Made by a program: the position numbers and the translations under genes | Source: Rhizodiscina lignyota | Lineage: Eukaryota | Length of the DNA stretch: 64,000 nucleotides | Reading direction: 5' to 3' | Assembly: GCA_010015805.1 (NCBI GenBank) | Contig: ML978128.1 | Coordinates: forward strand, 558,001 to 622,000 | Part shown: positions 36,485-49,058 of the stretch, in pieces | Layout of the letters: every line of letters begins with the position of its first letter | Numbering within the stretch: the first letter of the stretch is position 1 | The notes under the pieces: generated by a model | The model's database searches: none | The model's input: the letters and a program-made list of their open reading frames with translations, nothing else | What the model was told of the DNA's origin: nothing

Positions 36485-39400
36485 ATGCAGACATCATGTC
36501 TACTAGCTATTCGCTCTGCAGCAGCATCTTCACGGCTCGTAGCGACCCGCCCGCGACCTTCTGCAAGATATAGCTGTCGTAATGCAGCGAAGCGCGGAGT
36601 CTTGTCTCACAGGAGACCGTTCTACTCGAGCTCTGCATCAGAGGTAAAAGAAGATGGACCATCCGATGTCAAGAATGCCAAATCGAATCCTCTCAAACCA
36701 CTCGATACCTTCGCTCGACGACATATTGGACCAGATGCGGACTCTACGGTGGAGATGCTAAAGGCTTTGGACCCGGCAGTGGAGACATTGGATGACTTTG
36801 TGAAACAAGTCCTCCCACCAGACATACTGTCTTCCCGAAACCTGAAGATCCAAGGGCCACAAGAATTCAGCGATGATGGATATACGGAGACTCAACTGCT
36901 GGCGCGGCTGCGAGAAATCGCAAAGCAGAATAAGGTCACTCGGAGCTATATTGGATGTGGATATGCAGGAACAAATGTGCCGGAAGTCATAAAGCGCAAT
37001 GTGCTTGAAAACCCAGCGTGGTATACAAGCTACACTCCCTACCAGCCGGAGATTAGCCAGGGGCGCTTAGAATCGCTTTTGAACTTCCAGACGATGGTAT
37101 CAGACCTGACTGGACTAGCCATGGCAAATGCTTCTGTGTTGGATGAACCCACGGCTGCTGCGGAGGCGATGACCCTGTCCGTAAATGCGCTCTCCATGTC
37201 TCGGCAGAAGAAGGAGAACAAGACATACTTTGTATCTCATCTTGTTCATCCGCAAACGATCGCTGTCCTTGAATCGCGTGCCCAAGGATTTGGGATCACG
37301 ATTAAAGTCGGAAACGTTCTTGCAGAAAGTAGCAAAGCCGTAAGCGACCTCGGCGATTCTCTGATCGGAGTCTTAGTCCAATACCCGGATACTGAAGGAG
37401 GCGTAAGCGACTTTCAAGGACTTTCTGATATGGTACACAAGCAAGGAGGCACAGTCAGTGTTGCAACAGATCTTCTGGCCTTGACCCTCCTCAAGCCGCC
37501 AGGAGAATTTGGTGCCGACGTAGCGTTTGGCAACGCACAACGATTTGGCGTTCCTTTCGGATATGGCGGTCCTCACGCAGCCTTCTTTGCGTGTAGCGAC
37601 AAGCATAAGCGCAAGATACCTGGCCGACTGATCGGATTGAGTAAAGATAGGATGGGAAATCCAGCTGTCAGACTGGCCTTGCAGACTCGAGAGCAGCATA
37701 TCAGAAGGGAAAAGGCGACCAGCAATATTTGCACTGCACAAGCCCTCTTGGCAAACATGAGCGCATTCTATGCATGCTATCATGGACCAAAAGGCCTCAA
37801 GAAAATTGCTGAGCGTGTGGTGACCGCAGCGAGGACACTACAAGCTGGCCTTGGAGAGTTGGGATTCGAGTGCGGCAGCGAGCCTGTTCTGTTCGATACA
37901 GTAGTTGTGGAAGTGGAGAGTCCCGCGAAGATAATCAACCGGGCGGTCCAAAAGCATGGAATTAATCTGAGAGCCTTGGATGATGGCCGTATTGCCATAA
38001 CGCTAGATGAGACCGTGAATGAAGCCGACATCAACGACATCCTATCGGTCTTCCGCGAAGAAGCGAGGATCTCAGAGGAGAAATTGGACCTTAAACAGGT
38101 CGCTCGAGAGCTGCGTCCATCGAAACGGCCACTACCGGACCAGTTCAAAAGAACATCATCTTACCTCACACATCCAGTCTTCAACACTCATCACTCAGAA
38201 ACCGAGCTTTTGCGATATATGCATCATCTCCAATCAAAAGACCTGTCTCTCGTGCACTCGATGATACCTCTCGGGTCATGCACAATGAAACTCAACGCTA
38301 CAACAGAAATGGTACCGGTCACTTGGCCTGAATTCTCATCCATTCATCCTTTCGTCCCTGTGGAACAAGCGAAAGGATACAAGATTCTCATTGATGAGCT
38401 TGAGAAAGACTTGGCAGAAATTACGGGCTTCCACTCGGTCTCACTACAGCCAAACTCAGGCGCTCAGGGCGAATTCGCGGGTCTCAGAGTGATCCGCAAG
38501 TACCACGAACAAAATCCGGGCAAAAAGCGTGACATTTGCCTCATTCCTGTATCAGCGCACGGAACGAACCCAGCATCGGCAGCCATGTCGGGTATGCGCG
38601 TCGTAACACTGAAATGTGATCACAAGACGGGCAACCTGGACATTGAAGACCTGAAAGAAAAATGCAAGAAGCACTCCGAAGAGCTTGGTGCAATCATGGT
38701 GACATATCCTTCAACATTTGGCGTATTCGAGCCGCAGATCAAGGAAGTCTGCAAGACTGTACATGAGCACGGCGGACAAGTGTACATGGACGGTGCAAAC
38801 ATGAATGCGCAGATTGGTCTCTGCAGTCCTGGCGAGATTGGTGCGGATGTGTGCCATCTCAACCTTCACAAGACATTCTGTATTCCTCACGGCGGTGGCG
38901 GACCTGGAGTTGGACCCATTGGCGTTGCTGAGCATCTTGCTCCCTTCCTTCCTGGGCACCCTCTCATTGCAACAGGCGGCGAAAAGGGTATTGCTCCCAT
39001 CTCTGGAGCACCATGGGGCAGCGCCAGCATCCTTCCCATCAGCTGGGCTTATATCAAGATGATGGGCGCTCGTGGCCTTACTCACGCAACCAAGATCACT
39101 CTCCTGAACGCAAACTACATCCTTTCACGTTTACGGCCACACTATCCGATCCTGTATACCAACGCCAACGGTCGCTGTGCACACGAATTCATTCTTGATG
39201 TGCGCGCGTTCAAGGAGTCTGCCGGAATCGAAGCAATTGATGTCGCCAAGCGTCTACAGGACTATGGCTTCCACGCGCCGACTATGAGCTGGCCTGTCGC
39301 TGGTACCCTGATGATCGAGCCGACTGAGAGCGAGAGTAAAGAAGAGCTCGACCGGTTCTGCGATGCACTGATCAACATCAGGAGTGAGATCAAGGAGATT

Positions 39401-39717
39401 GAGGATGGCAAGATGCCACGTGAAGGCAATGTCTTGAAAATGGCACCTCATACTGTAAAAGACTTGGTGAGAGATAATTGGGACCGAGTCTATGGGCGAG
39501 AGAAGGCAGCGTGGCCAGCGGAATGGTTGAAGGAGAAGAAGTTTTGGCCGAGTGTCGCGAGACTTGATGATGGTAAGTGGAGACTTCTCCGATCCGAAGG
39601 ACAAATGACGTCGGCTAATAATGAGCAGCTTATGGGGATATGAATCTCTTCTGTACATGCGCCCCGGTGGAAACGATTGACGACATGACCGGAGCAGCAG
39701 CTCCAGCGCCAACCTGA
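36485..39717 (+). CDS. GCV2: Glycine dehydrogenase (glycine cleavage system P protein), mitochondrial
   Basis: Arg/Ser-rich presequence, [34 protein letters not shown] and the PLP motif [18 protein letters not shown]. Intron 39573-39628 leads to [15 protein letters not shown]. Confidence 0.97.
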
Positions 39718-41419
39718 AATATGTCGCCTGAATACTCTATATGAAATGGATGTCAATGCATCATAACGGCGTCTTGGTCGCAATGTTCTTTTCAACAATA
39801 CCCTCGTCGCCGGGAAAATCGTATTGCTTTGTGGGGCTAGCGTTTAACACCGCGGCCCTTTATTTTTAATTTCTTGTCATCGGGTGCTCTGCATGGACCA
39901 GGTTCGAGATAAGATGAAGGTCGATCAACAGAAAGAGCGAATGCTGAATCTCACCAATGATTCCATGCTTTCGGAATCACACCTTGATTCATTTATCCGC
40001 AGCATGAAAGTGATCACGAGAAAAGGCTTTCCCCTTCTCTCAACCTAAGGCCGATTCTCTGATTAAATAATCCCATTCGCTGCTCTTGATTGGCTTACGG
40101 GTAACGGAGTTGCTCGCGTTAGAAGCGAGCCTGTATCGTGCCCTGTTCCTTGACGGACATCACCGTTTCCGAGACGGAATCGACTAGGTGCTGACGGTAG
40201 ACGAACAAGCCTTTTACCCCAGTCTCTCAACATAGCTAAATGTTACCACTTGCCTCCGTCGTGATCAGCCGAATCTGCCTGTTCGCTTGCCTTTCCCCTT
40301 CCTGGCCGAAGGAACGTTGGCATTTCAATCATCGGTTCATCACGAGTGAGGTGGAGAGGCTGCTTGCCGGCCCCGGCACGTCAGTGGCGTCCGGTACGGC
40401 GGTAGTGGCGCGCCTTCTCCACACTCCTCCGCGTGTCGTTCTGCCGTGCTAGCGAGCTTCCCTTTGTGCAGTTCGTCCTTTCTCCTTGTGTTCATCGCTC
40501 ACGGAGCTCTGTATACCCTTTCCTGGCCTCCCCTGTCTTCCTCTCGCTCTTGCCGGCTTCAGACCGAGCTTCAGCGAGTTGGTAATGGCGCGCTCCCCTC
40601 GATCGTCAGGCACGAGGACGGTTGCAAGGAAATTTCGGACGCGCCGGTGCAGAGCGAACGCCTAAAGAACCAAGAAGTCCGGACTGATGGTCCCGCATCG
40701 CGTTACCATGACCAACTCCTGCAGCCATGCCTGCTTCCCCGCAAAAAATACGACGTCGATGGGGATCAACTCTGCCATCGCGTCATGGCCTGGACGACTT
40801 TTTGCAGTTCGCGATGCAGGGTAGGTTACTCGAGGTCACGCTGCCTCTTAAGTCGTACCGCCCTTAAGCTTTTGCTTCTGGCGCTCTACGCGAGCTTCTG
40901 TTGTTGAATTTACGCTCAGTTACATTTCTATTCTGTCAATTCGCCCTGGAGTGGACGGCCAGCTGCAGTTTTGAATAGGCGTTACCTATTGCGGCACGCA
41001 ATTCACACATTCCAGCTGTCGTGAACCTTAGCTTGTCAGATTCCTGGGGTCAGATTCCGGCTTTAGCTAGAGAGTCAAACTGGTAAGTCGCGATTGGGAC
41101 TTGTCACTTATTTCAATCACGACGGTGAAGGTCCAGACCTTCAACTAACTCACGATCATCCACTCCTTTGGGACTTGTGCACGCGAGTCTCAATTGAGTC
41201 TCTTCACATGCGATATCTACTTATGTCTTATAATTTCTGGAAGCTCTTTAATGCAGTTCATGTATTTCTCGCTCTTGGTTTCTCAAACAAACATGCTGCT
41301 CTGGTTCGTTTGCTAATAAATTCGGTAGCGAGGAATCGGACCAGTTACACAGCTGACGAGACCCACTCGTCCCCGCAGACGTTGTGTTGACACGTGCGAC
41401 GTTAACCACCAGGACCAGA

Positions 41420-44400
41420 ATGCTGTCACCTAACGTCCTCCTCCGCATCAGCGTGATACCGCTGTGGTTGTCGTTGGTGTACGCAGAAACCTACAATACG
41501 CGCTTCAAGGATGTCACCTGGGATAACGAAAATTGGCGCATCACGAATACAGTGCTGGATCAGGGTCATTATCAATCGCGACTGAGTCTTGCAAATGGCT
41601 ACTTTGGGATTAATGTCGCAGCTGTGGGGCCATTCTTTGAGGTGGAGTCTCCAGTTTATGGGGACGACATAAGTGGGTGGCCAGTGTTCAACCGGAGGCA
41701 GACTTTTGCAACTATCAGCGGCTTTTGGGACTCTCAACCAACGGCGAACGGCGCGTCGAACGGTACGAACTTTGAATGGCTGAACCAATATGGCGGGGAG
41801 AGCATTATTGCAGGGGTACCGCACTGGGGAGGCTTGATTGTGGTGTCCAGTGGCGGATCTGTGCTGAATGCCACTGTACCGGCGGAGCAGATCTCGGGAT
41901 ACTCTTCAGTTCTGGATATCGGAGCGGGCGTACACAGCTGGCGATACACGTGGACTCCGGATGGGGAACCTGCTCTGGATATCGAGTACTCAATGTTTGT
42001 TCACAAACTCTATGTGAATCAAGCAGCCGTACAATTGACGATTACGCCATCGAGAGACGCCAATGTCACGGTCGTGGATGTTTTGAACGGAGATTGCGCA
42101 GTTAGGACAACGTTTGTCGACAAGCAATTCGAGAAGGATTCGGCCACAATCTGGAGTGCCGTGAAACCGCGTGGAATTGACAATGTGGAAGCGTACATCT
42201 ACTCCACTTTGGCTGGAGACTGCGAAATGTCAGATCGCAAGCAAGTTGTGGATGAGCCATATATCGGAGCCAACGAGTCCTCAATTGCGCAGTCTGTCCG
42301 GATTGACCTCACAGCCGGCCAGCCTTCGACAATCGAGAAGTATATTGGCGCGGCCTCATCGGATGCTTTCAAAAACCCGCAGCAGGTTGCTCGCAACGCC
42401 TCTGCCGCGGCAGCAAAAATGGGCATCAGCGCACTGCTTGAATCACACATTCGAGAATGGGATTCAACCATGAGCGAGGATTCTGTGGACGACTATTCTT
42501 TTCCAGAGAACGGCAGTCTACCCAACGACGCGAATATTGTTGAACTACAGATACTGTCGGTGACGAACCCTTTCCACCTCCTACAAAATACGGTTGGCCA
42601 AAACGCAATTGCGGCAGCCGGTGGTAACGAAAAGCTCAATATCAACAGCATCTCGGTCTGTGGGCTTGGCTCTGATTGCTATGCTGGTATGATCTTCTGG
42701 GATGCGGATGTGTGGATGGCGCCCGGTCTCGTTGTCTCTCATCCGGAAGCTGCGCAACAGATCACGAACTACCGGGTCGCTAAACATGCCCAAGCGAAGC
42801 AGAACGTCAAAGAGGCCTTCACGTCATCTCAGAATGAAACTGGAAAATTCACTGGCGGAGCGGTATTTCCATGGACGAGCGCTCGATTTGGCAACTGCAC
42901 CGGCACTGGGCCCTGCTTTGACTACGAGTATCATATTAACGGAGATATCGGTCTCCAGCTTTACAACTACTGGGTTGCGTCTGGCGATCAGGACCTTTGG
43001 AAAAACTCATTATTCCCGGTGTACGATGACATTGCGTATTTCTTTGCGGAGCTTCTGACATACGACAAGAAGACTGGGAAGTATAGCCTTACGAACGCTA
43101 CAGATCCTGTGAGTAAATCAAAACGTCTAGTCAAACATGTGCTCACAACAAGCAGGACGAATATGCGAATCATATCGATAACCCTGGGTTCACGATGCCA
43201 CTGATATACACTCATATTGAGAACGCGAACAACTTCCGTGTCCGTTTAGGTCTCCCAGCGAATAAGACCTGGGCTGAGATTGCTAAAAACATCAATATTC
43301 CTGTTTCTGAGTCTGCCGACATCATTCTCGAGTACTCGGGTATGAATGGCAGTATTCAGGTCAAGCAAGCCGACGTCCCGCTCGTGGACGATTTTCTGGA
43401 TTATCCCAACAACTTTACGCTATCAGATCTCGACTACTATGCAAGCAAGCAATCACCAAATGGCCCAGGTATGACATATGGTGTCTACAGCGTCGTGGCA
43501 AATGCTGCCAGTCCGAGTGGCTGCTCAGCGTACACATACGAGATCTACGGCAACGAGCCTTATGTTCGGGGACCTTGGTTCCAATACAGTGAACAGCTGA
43601 TCGACGATTTCACCACAAACGGTGGGACACATCCAGCTTTCCCATTCCTCACAGGAATGGGTGGCGCTAATCGTGTGGCCGTCATTGGGTATTTGGGATT
43701 CAAATTCATGCCAGATAGCTTCAACATCAATCCCCAGCTTCCGCCTCAGATCGAGAACTTGAAATTCCGAACGCTATATTGGCAAGGCCATGCCATCAAT
43801 GCTACCAGTAATCAAACTCATACGGTGCTGACTCGCCTCCCGAAGTCTCTCAAGAACGCCAACCCTGCTTATAATGACAAGCCGATCAATGTCACTTTTG
43901 GCGATGGCAGTAAGCCGATAAGTCTCCCACCTAACAAATCTATCACCATCGAGAACCGACGGCAGTCCTACAATCTTACCGTCCCGGGTAATCTGGCACA
44001 ATGCAAGCCTGCGTACTGTCCGCAGAGTTACGTTCCTGGACAGCTTCCAATCGCAGCAATCGACGGTGCGATATCGACTCCATGGCAGCCGAGCGACCCC
44101 AACAAGACTGCTTCTGTGACTGTCGATCTGACCTCTCAACCATTCCAACCCGTCACTGGCTTTTACTTCGATTGGGCACAAAATCCACCAAAGTCATATT
44201 CAATCAGTTTCTCGAACGCAAGTAGCATGGAAGCAGCCAATGCAGCTGCATCAGAAAAGGGTGCCGCAACTGTGAGCAGCAGTGCGCACATTAAAGTCAG
44301 CAGCCCGTACAACGCGTCGAACGCGGACGCGCTGGTACCATACAGTAGCAACTATACGAGCGTCACTTTGGATAAGCCGGTCTGGTCTGGAAAGTACGCA

Positions 44401-44556
44401 ACTCTGAGCGTTCTAGGGACTCAGGGAAGTGAGACAGATGTCGGAGGAACTGTCGCGGAGTGGGCCATTATCGGGAGCGGAGGGAAAGACTCGGCGAAAC
44501 GCGACGTGTACAGGCCAAGGAGATGGGCGCACGGGGTTGAGGACATACATGTATAA
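41420..44556 (+). CDS. treA: Acid trehalase, glycoside hydrolase family 65, secreted/cell wall
   Basis: Signal peptide, YQSRLSLANGYFG, YAGMIFWDADVWM, DYEYHINGDI, TDP|DEYANH, VKQADV and GGTHPAFPFLTGMGG. Intron 43109-43155; probable 5'UTR intron starting at 41083. Confidence 0.95.
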
Positions 44557-44747
44557 ATCAAGCTGTATATATCATGATTATGAGTATGAATGATGGACGG
44601 AAATTAAAGCGATGGCGCATGTCTCTCATTAATCGTTAGTCCGTGAGGTCTTAGGTCTCATTCTGTATAAGTACATCCATGTTGATCATCGAGAACGAGA
44701 TAAGCCCTCGAACCTTATCGATCTCGTCCTTCAAGAGTTCCCCTGCT

Positions 44748-45195
44748 TCAAGCATTTCCCAACTCTCCCGGATGGGTATGTGTCTGGGGTCCCAATCCGG
44801 TGTGTGTCTGTGGGCCAAGTCCGGAGTTTGTCTGTGGTCCCAATCCAGTGTTTGTCTGTGCCGCCAATCCGGTGTCTCCGGTTTCTCCTTGCAGCGTTCT
44901 GTTCACTTTTTCCTCCGCCGTATCCGCTGGCGTGACTCCTGCGCCTGTACCGTGATACCTTCCAGTCTCCATCTCATCGATGCCGCGTGCGGCAATGTTG
45001 TGGTTCTTGCTGTGTGGTTTATCGGTGCCAGTTACGGAATCCGCAAAGGAGTTGATGTCGCCGCGAATGGTTTCGCCCGCACCCTGTATTAATGTATGTT
45101 AGAAGAGCTAATAAGTGAGGAATGAGAGGACATACGTGAACCACACCCCAAGCCTTCTTAATCGCATCACCGGCCTTCTCGCCTGTGTTCGACAT
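44748..45195 (-). CDS. Small hydrophilic Gly/Thr-rich protein (about 131 aa) with C-terminal 8-aa repeats
   Basis: Exon 1 (45195-45136) encodes MSNTGEKAGDAIKKAWGVVH. After canonical intron 45135-45084, GAGETIRGDINSFAD... runs in frame into ORF 44748-44972. Confidence 0.8.
44780..44875 (-). repeat. 24-bp coding tandem repeat x4 (TGLGPQT[HN])
   Basis: Plus-strand units at 44780, 44804, 44828 and 44852 (consensus (g/t)tgtctgtggtcccaatccggtgt). Confidence 0.9.
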
Positions 45196-45999
45196 GATGA
45201 AGTCAAAGTAGACTTTGAGAATTTGTCCTAGGAGGATAGTTTACGCAAATCAATTTCTTGATTTATTGATGAAATGTGCAGAGGGAGGCGAATTGAGACT
45301 TGCGTTGAATCAAGGAAGAGCTTCAGAAGGGAGATGTGGAGAAATCTATAGAGCAAGAGGAAAGGACTCGTGAGCAGGAGCACGAGCTATGACGTATTCT
45401 GCTGCGAACCATGCCGTGACCGAGAAAGTGTCATCGCAAATCATTTCATTGGCGAATGCCGAACTCTCTCTGCACAGGAGCCATTCACATTCTTCTCTCG
45501 AGTCGTTCACGTCAATCGCGGAAGCTGGCGGCAAGATGATTTCAATACGAAGTAGAGCCATCGTGAGGCGCAAGGGGCGTCGACGCGTGGCGGAGGTATC
45601 GTACGATAGCGCCGGGGGACGCGACGCGTTCAAGCCGTGTTCCACCTACCTTCAGGGGGAGATAAATGCCTACTCCAAATATCTGTGTCGAATATTTGTT
45701 CTTCAAGCGTGTATTATTGTGAAGAAACCGTGACAGCAAATGTGAGTCCTTATACTGATGGACAGCCAATAGATCAACGCTTTCAGCGATAATACTACCT
45801 TCTTGAAACCGTTTAGCGCATGACTGCGTAAAAGCCCGTCCGTACATCTACTACTTAATACGGTCACACCTCCCGCCGACTGTGTTCTCGAACCCAAAAT
45901 CTTATTTCTTTCGTAGCAGTTAGCAAACTGCAATATTTCACTGTCACCAGTGGATTTCGGCCGAGTTATTGAACTCTACAGCTCCTGAAAGGATTAACA

Positions 46000-46632
46000 A
46001 TGGGCGCCGTTCGACAATTCCAGCTGTCTACGCCGCGGAAGAAGCGGGATATCGGTCGTGCTCCTACTGTCCAGTTAGCTGATCCTGTTTTCAACCAGCC
46101 GCTGTACACAGTTGAGCGGCATGGGGATTCCGAGGTAGCAATGGTCTACAAAGTCGAAATGAGAGACGGTCAATCCGAGGTTCTGAAAGACGATGTGGCG
46201 AAGGGCGAGTGCGTCGGCGCCGTGAAGGCGGCCGAAGCGCTTGGCGGCAGCACGCAGTTCATGTTCGGGAACCCAGACCGCGACCTGGACACACAGTGGA
46301 CGCAAGTGACGAAACAGTCCAGATTTACGAGGATAAACGACTTTGTTGTACGAATTCCGGATCCCGTGGGCAAGCCCGCAGAATTGCACTGGAAGCATAC
46401 GAAAGATGTTGGAGGACTTCTCCAGCGTCTTGATACCTTGAACATGAAGCTTGTAGACGAGTCTTCCGGAGATATCGTTGCACGCTTCGTCCACAAACCG
46501 TCGATTTGGGTCATGGAAGGCGTTTTCGAGATGCATGAGGACTTGGGCGAGGAGTGGGACTTGCAAGTGTTCCTGTCCTGTCTTGCCGTGCTGAAATATA
46601 ATGGCTTATTCTTCAATTTGAATGTGTTGTAA
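46000..46632 (+). CDS. Hypothetical protein, beta-rich fungal family (possibly DUF6593 or tubby/LURP-like)
   Basis: Intronless 210-aa ORF with good start context (ACAATGG), a WKHT..MKLVDE..IVARF pattern and a terminal hydrophobic helix. Confidence 0.7.
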   Translation: MGAVRQFQLSTPRKKRDIGRAPTVQLADPVFNQPLYTVERHGDSEVAMVYKVEMRDGQSEVLKDDVAKGECVGAVKAAEALGGSTQFMFGNPDRDLDTQWTQVTKQSRFTRINDFVVRIPDPVGKPAELHWKHTKDVGGLLQRLDTLNMKLVDESSGDIVARFVHKPSIWVMEGVFEMHEDLGEEWDLQVFLSCLAVLKYNGLFFNLNVL

Positions 46633-46880
46633 AATTGTCAGGCTTCAGCTGTTTTGATATTCTTATTTCATGTGGGATACGGATGATGCATGAGATGATG
46701 TTATGTCTTCCAAAACGACCTTTCATATGCTATATAGGCGCCAAATCATTGAAGGGAGTCTCCGAGGCTGCTGTGAGAAAGGCTCACAGTATGAAAACCA
46801 AATGTTGATGCTGCTGTCAAATCATATCGATAAAAAGATACTTGATATGTCTCGCGCTTTCGTAAGCTTGGAAATGAGCA

Positions 46881-48629
46881 TCATCTCTCGGCCGACCATG
46901 CAATGAGCGCAGCGCCAACGCCGCTGCCATCTTTCGCTAGCCCTATTCTTACCCTCCTTTCGCCATGACGACCAATCTCAGGGATATCGCGGAGCGCAAG
47001 TCGGAGGTACTCTTCAAAGTTGGGAAACAGCTCAAACAGCGACCCATCGACACCAATATCGATCACCTCTTCTGCTGGAATAGTGTCTTCGTCGCTAATT
47101 GGTTCCCATCCGCTTTTGCCAACCGCGGCAGCAGTCGCATTTCGCTTTGATAACCACGAAATTCCGATTGCGGAGCAGGCATGGGTCATCGCTTGCCCGA
47201 AACGACGCCTCAGCGCTCGGTAAAGGGGGAAGAGAAGACCAAATATCGTCCACTGCGGCTTTGAAGAAGCCTTGACGTTGGAGACAGGCTGAAGTCGCCC
47301 GGATTGTATCAAAATTCCCGCAATTGCAATTGCCGACAACCTAGCAGCTCGACGTCCTATTGCAATAGAAAGAATCCGAACGGCCATGGCATCCTGAACA
47401 GAAACATTTATTACGCCCAGAATTCTTGAAATGACTTCTTTTGCGATATCAAGTCCAGGACTAGCATCGCTTGCAACGAAGGAGAGTAATGAACTATCGA
47501 TCGAGTCCGACACGAATAAAATCGATTCTGGAGGCACCTTCATGTCCAAGGCCGGGGGCTTTTGTGCCAGTAGAAGCAGTAGGATCCGCCGAAGTAATTC
47601 TCCGAGATACATTCCGGATATTTGTTTCTCGAAAAGCTGCTCTCCTGGGTTCACAGACTCTCTATCAAGCGATGCGTCATATATCGTAGAAGGCACAGCA
47701 ACTAGTTTATCATCAAATCCGCCCCATTCAGTGTTGAGGATCATCATATCGTCTGGTTTATACGACGCAAACTCGGGCCGATTAAGGAGCTTCGCGATAT
47801 TTGCCATTCGTTCGACGTAAGCGCCGTTCGTGCCTGTACCAAAGATTGCGCCTGCCAGAGTGCCTGATGTTCCAGGGGCAGTGTACGACCTCGCAACAAG
47901 GGTCCCAACCGTGTCGTTCGTCAGCGCAGTGACCACAAGAGGAAGATTCAGCTCGTCCATCGCCTCTTGGAGCATGGCACAAGGGTCGCGGCCAATGGCA
48001 TCCGGGATATCGAATGACTTCGTCCAGTACAGCACAGTCCCCTCGTCGAGAGCATGTTGATCAAAAGTAAAGCTGAAAGTGAATCCTAACCTTCGAAAAT
48101 GCCTCAGTCTGTATTCTTTCGTTAGAGGTGTATCCTTTGCGATTCGACTCCAAGCATCCAGATCTTCTTGGTGATCTTTCTCCATAAACGCCCTGACTTG
48201 AACAGCGATAAATCGGAATAAGTCTTTGTACGATGTACCGGTCATGAGATTTCGTGGAATTGCCGTTTTAGATTGAGTGAGTGAATAAGTTGAATCCCCA
48301 TGAAGTCTGACGGAACAGACTCGCAGATTTGTGCCACCAAGGTCGACGGCAAGACATACGCCTGTCTCCGTGCCATTAGGAAGATTCGTTACATATGAGG
48401 GGATCTGGCACATCGGCGCACCGTCCCGTTTCAAGCCGTCATCTGTTTGGATGTGTTATCGATCTTTGCGGGTTGAAGCAGGGAGGTGAGAATCCAACTC
48501 ACTGAGTTGTTTGACAAAGTATCTGGTAGCCTCCCCGATATTATCTCTCGATACCTCAAACTCTTCGGCTATCCGCTTGACCTGTGAAATCACGCCCCCG
48601 CACTCTTGCTCAGAAGAATAGAGCGACAT
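46881..48629 (-). CDS. Hexokinase-family sugar kinase, divergent glucokinase (GlkA/Glk1-like) paralogue; candidate glucosamine kinase
   Basis: LAVDLGGTNLRVCS, LGFTFSF, NDTVGTL, IFGTGTNGAY, NTEWGGFD, FEKQISGMYLGE, IGVDGS and KDGSGVGAALIA. Exon 1 is 48629-48503, intron 48502-48443. Confidence 0.92.
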
Positions 48630-49058
48630 CATAACTTAATTATCGAAAATTCCCACTCTTATCATGCCGAGGTGAGCCCATGGCGATGGAGGTGGCTTGC
48701 AAATATCCATAGAAGCTGAATACCAAAATGCTTACTAGTCCAAAGAAGATTCTTCTGTGATTCCCATCACATTGCTGTTTTTTCTATACAACATTAACCA
48801 AATTCAGCCAAAGGCCGATACAACCGGTGTTTGCCGGTGTGGAGAAGTTCGTGTTGGGATATGTTGAGATTTCCCCACTTATTCCCACAGCTATCACTAT
48901 GCTCGTCCTTCTCCATTATGGAGAGCACTTGGCCGGCTATGGACTTGAACCATGAGGTTTGTCCGAAGTGTTGATAGCCTCGAAGACAAAATGTGACATA
49001 TCGACGACATGAGACACGGCACATACGGTGAACTCTGGCCGGGCAGCGCATAATCAAC

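Noticed and set aside
40670..41070. RNase P-like P4 pairing (AAGTCCGGA at ~40675 with TCCGGCTT at ~41056)
   Set aside because: The universally conserved CR-I (GNAANNUC) and CR-V (ACNNNA...A) bases do not match, and there is no convincing P1 helix.
39900..41190. Telomerase RNA hypothesis (structured region ending at a 5' splice site and branch point)
   Set aside because: No TAACCCTAA-type template was found. The donor is GTAAGT rather than the ATAAGT reported for Pezizomycotina TER, and usable acceptors exist downstream.
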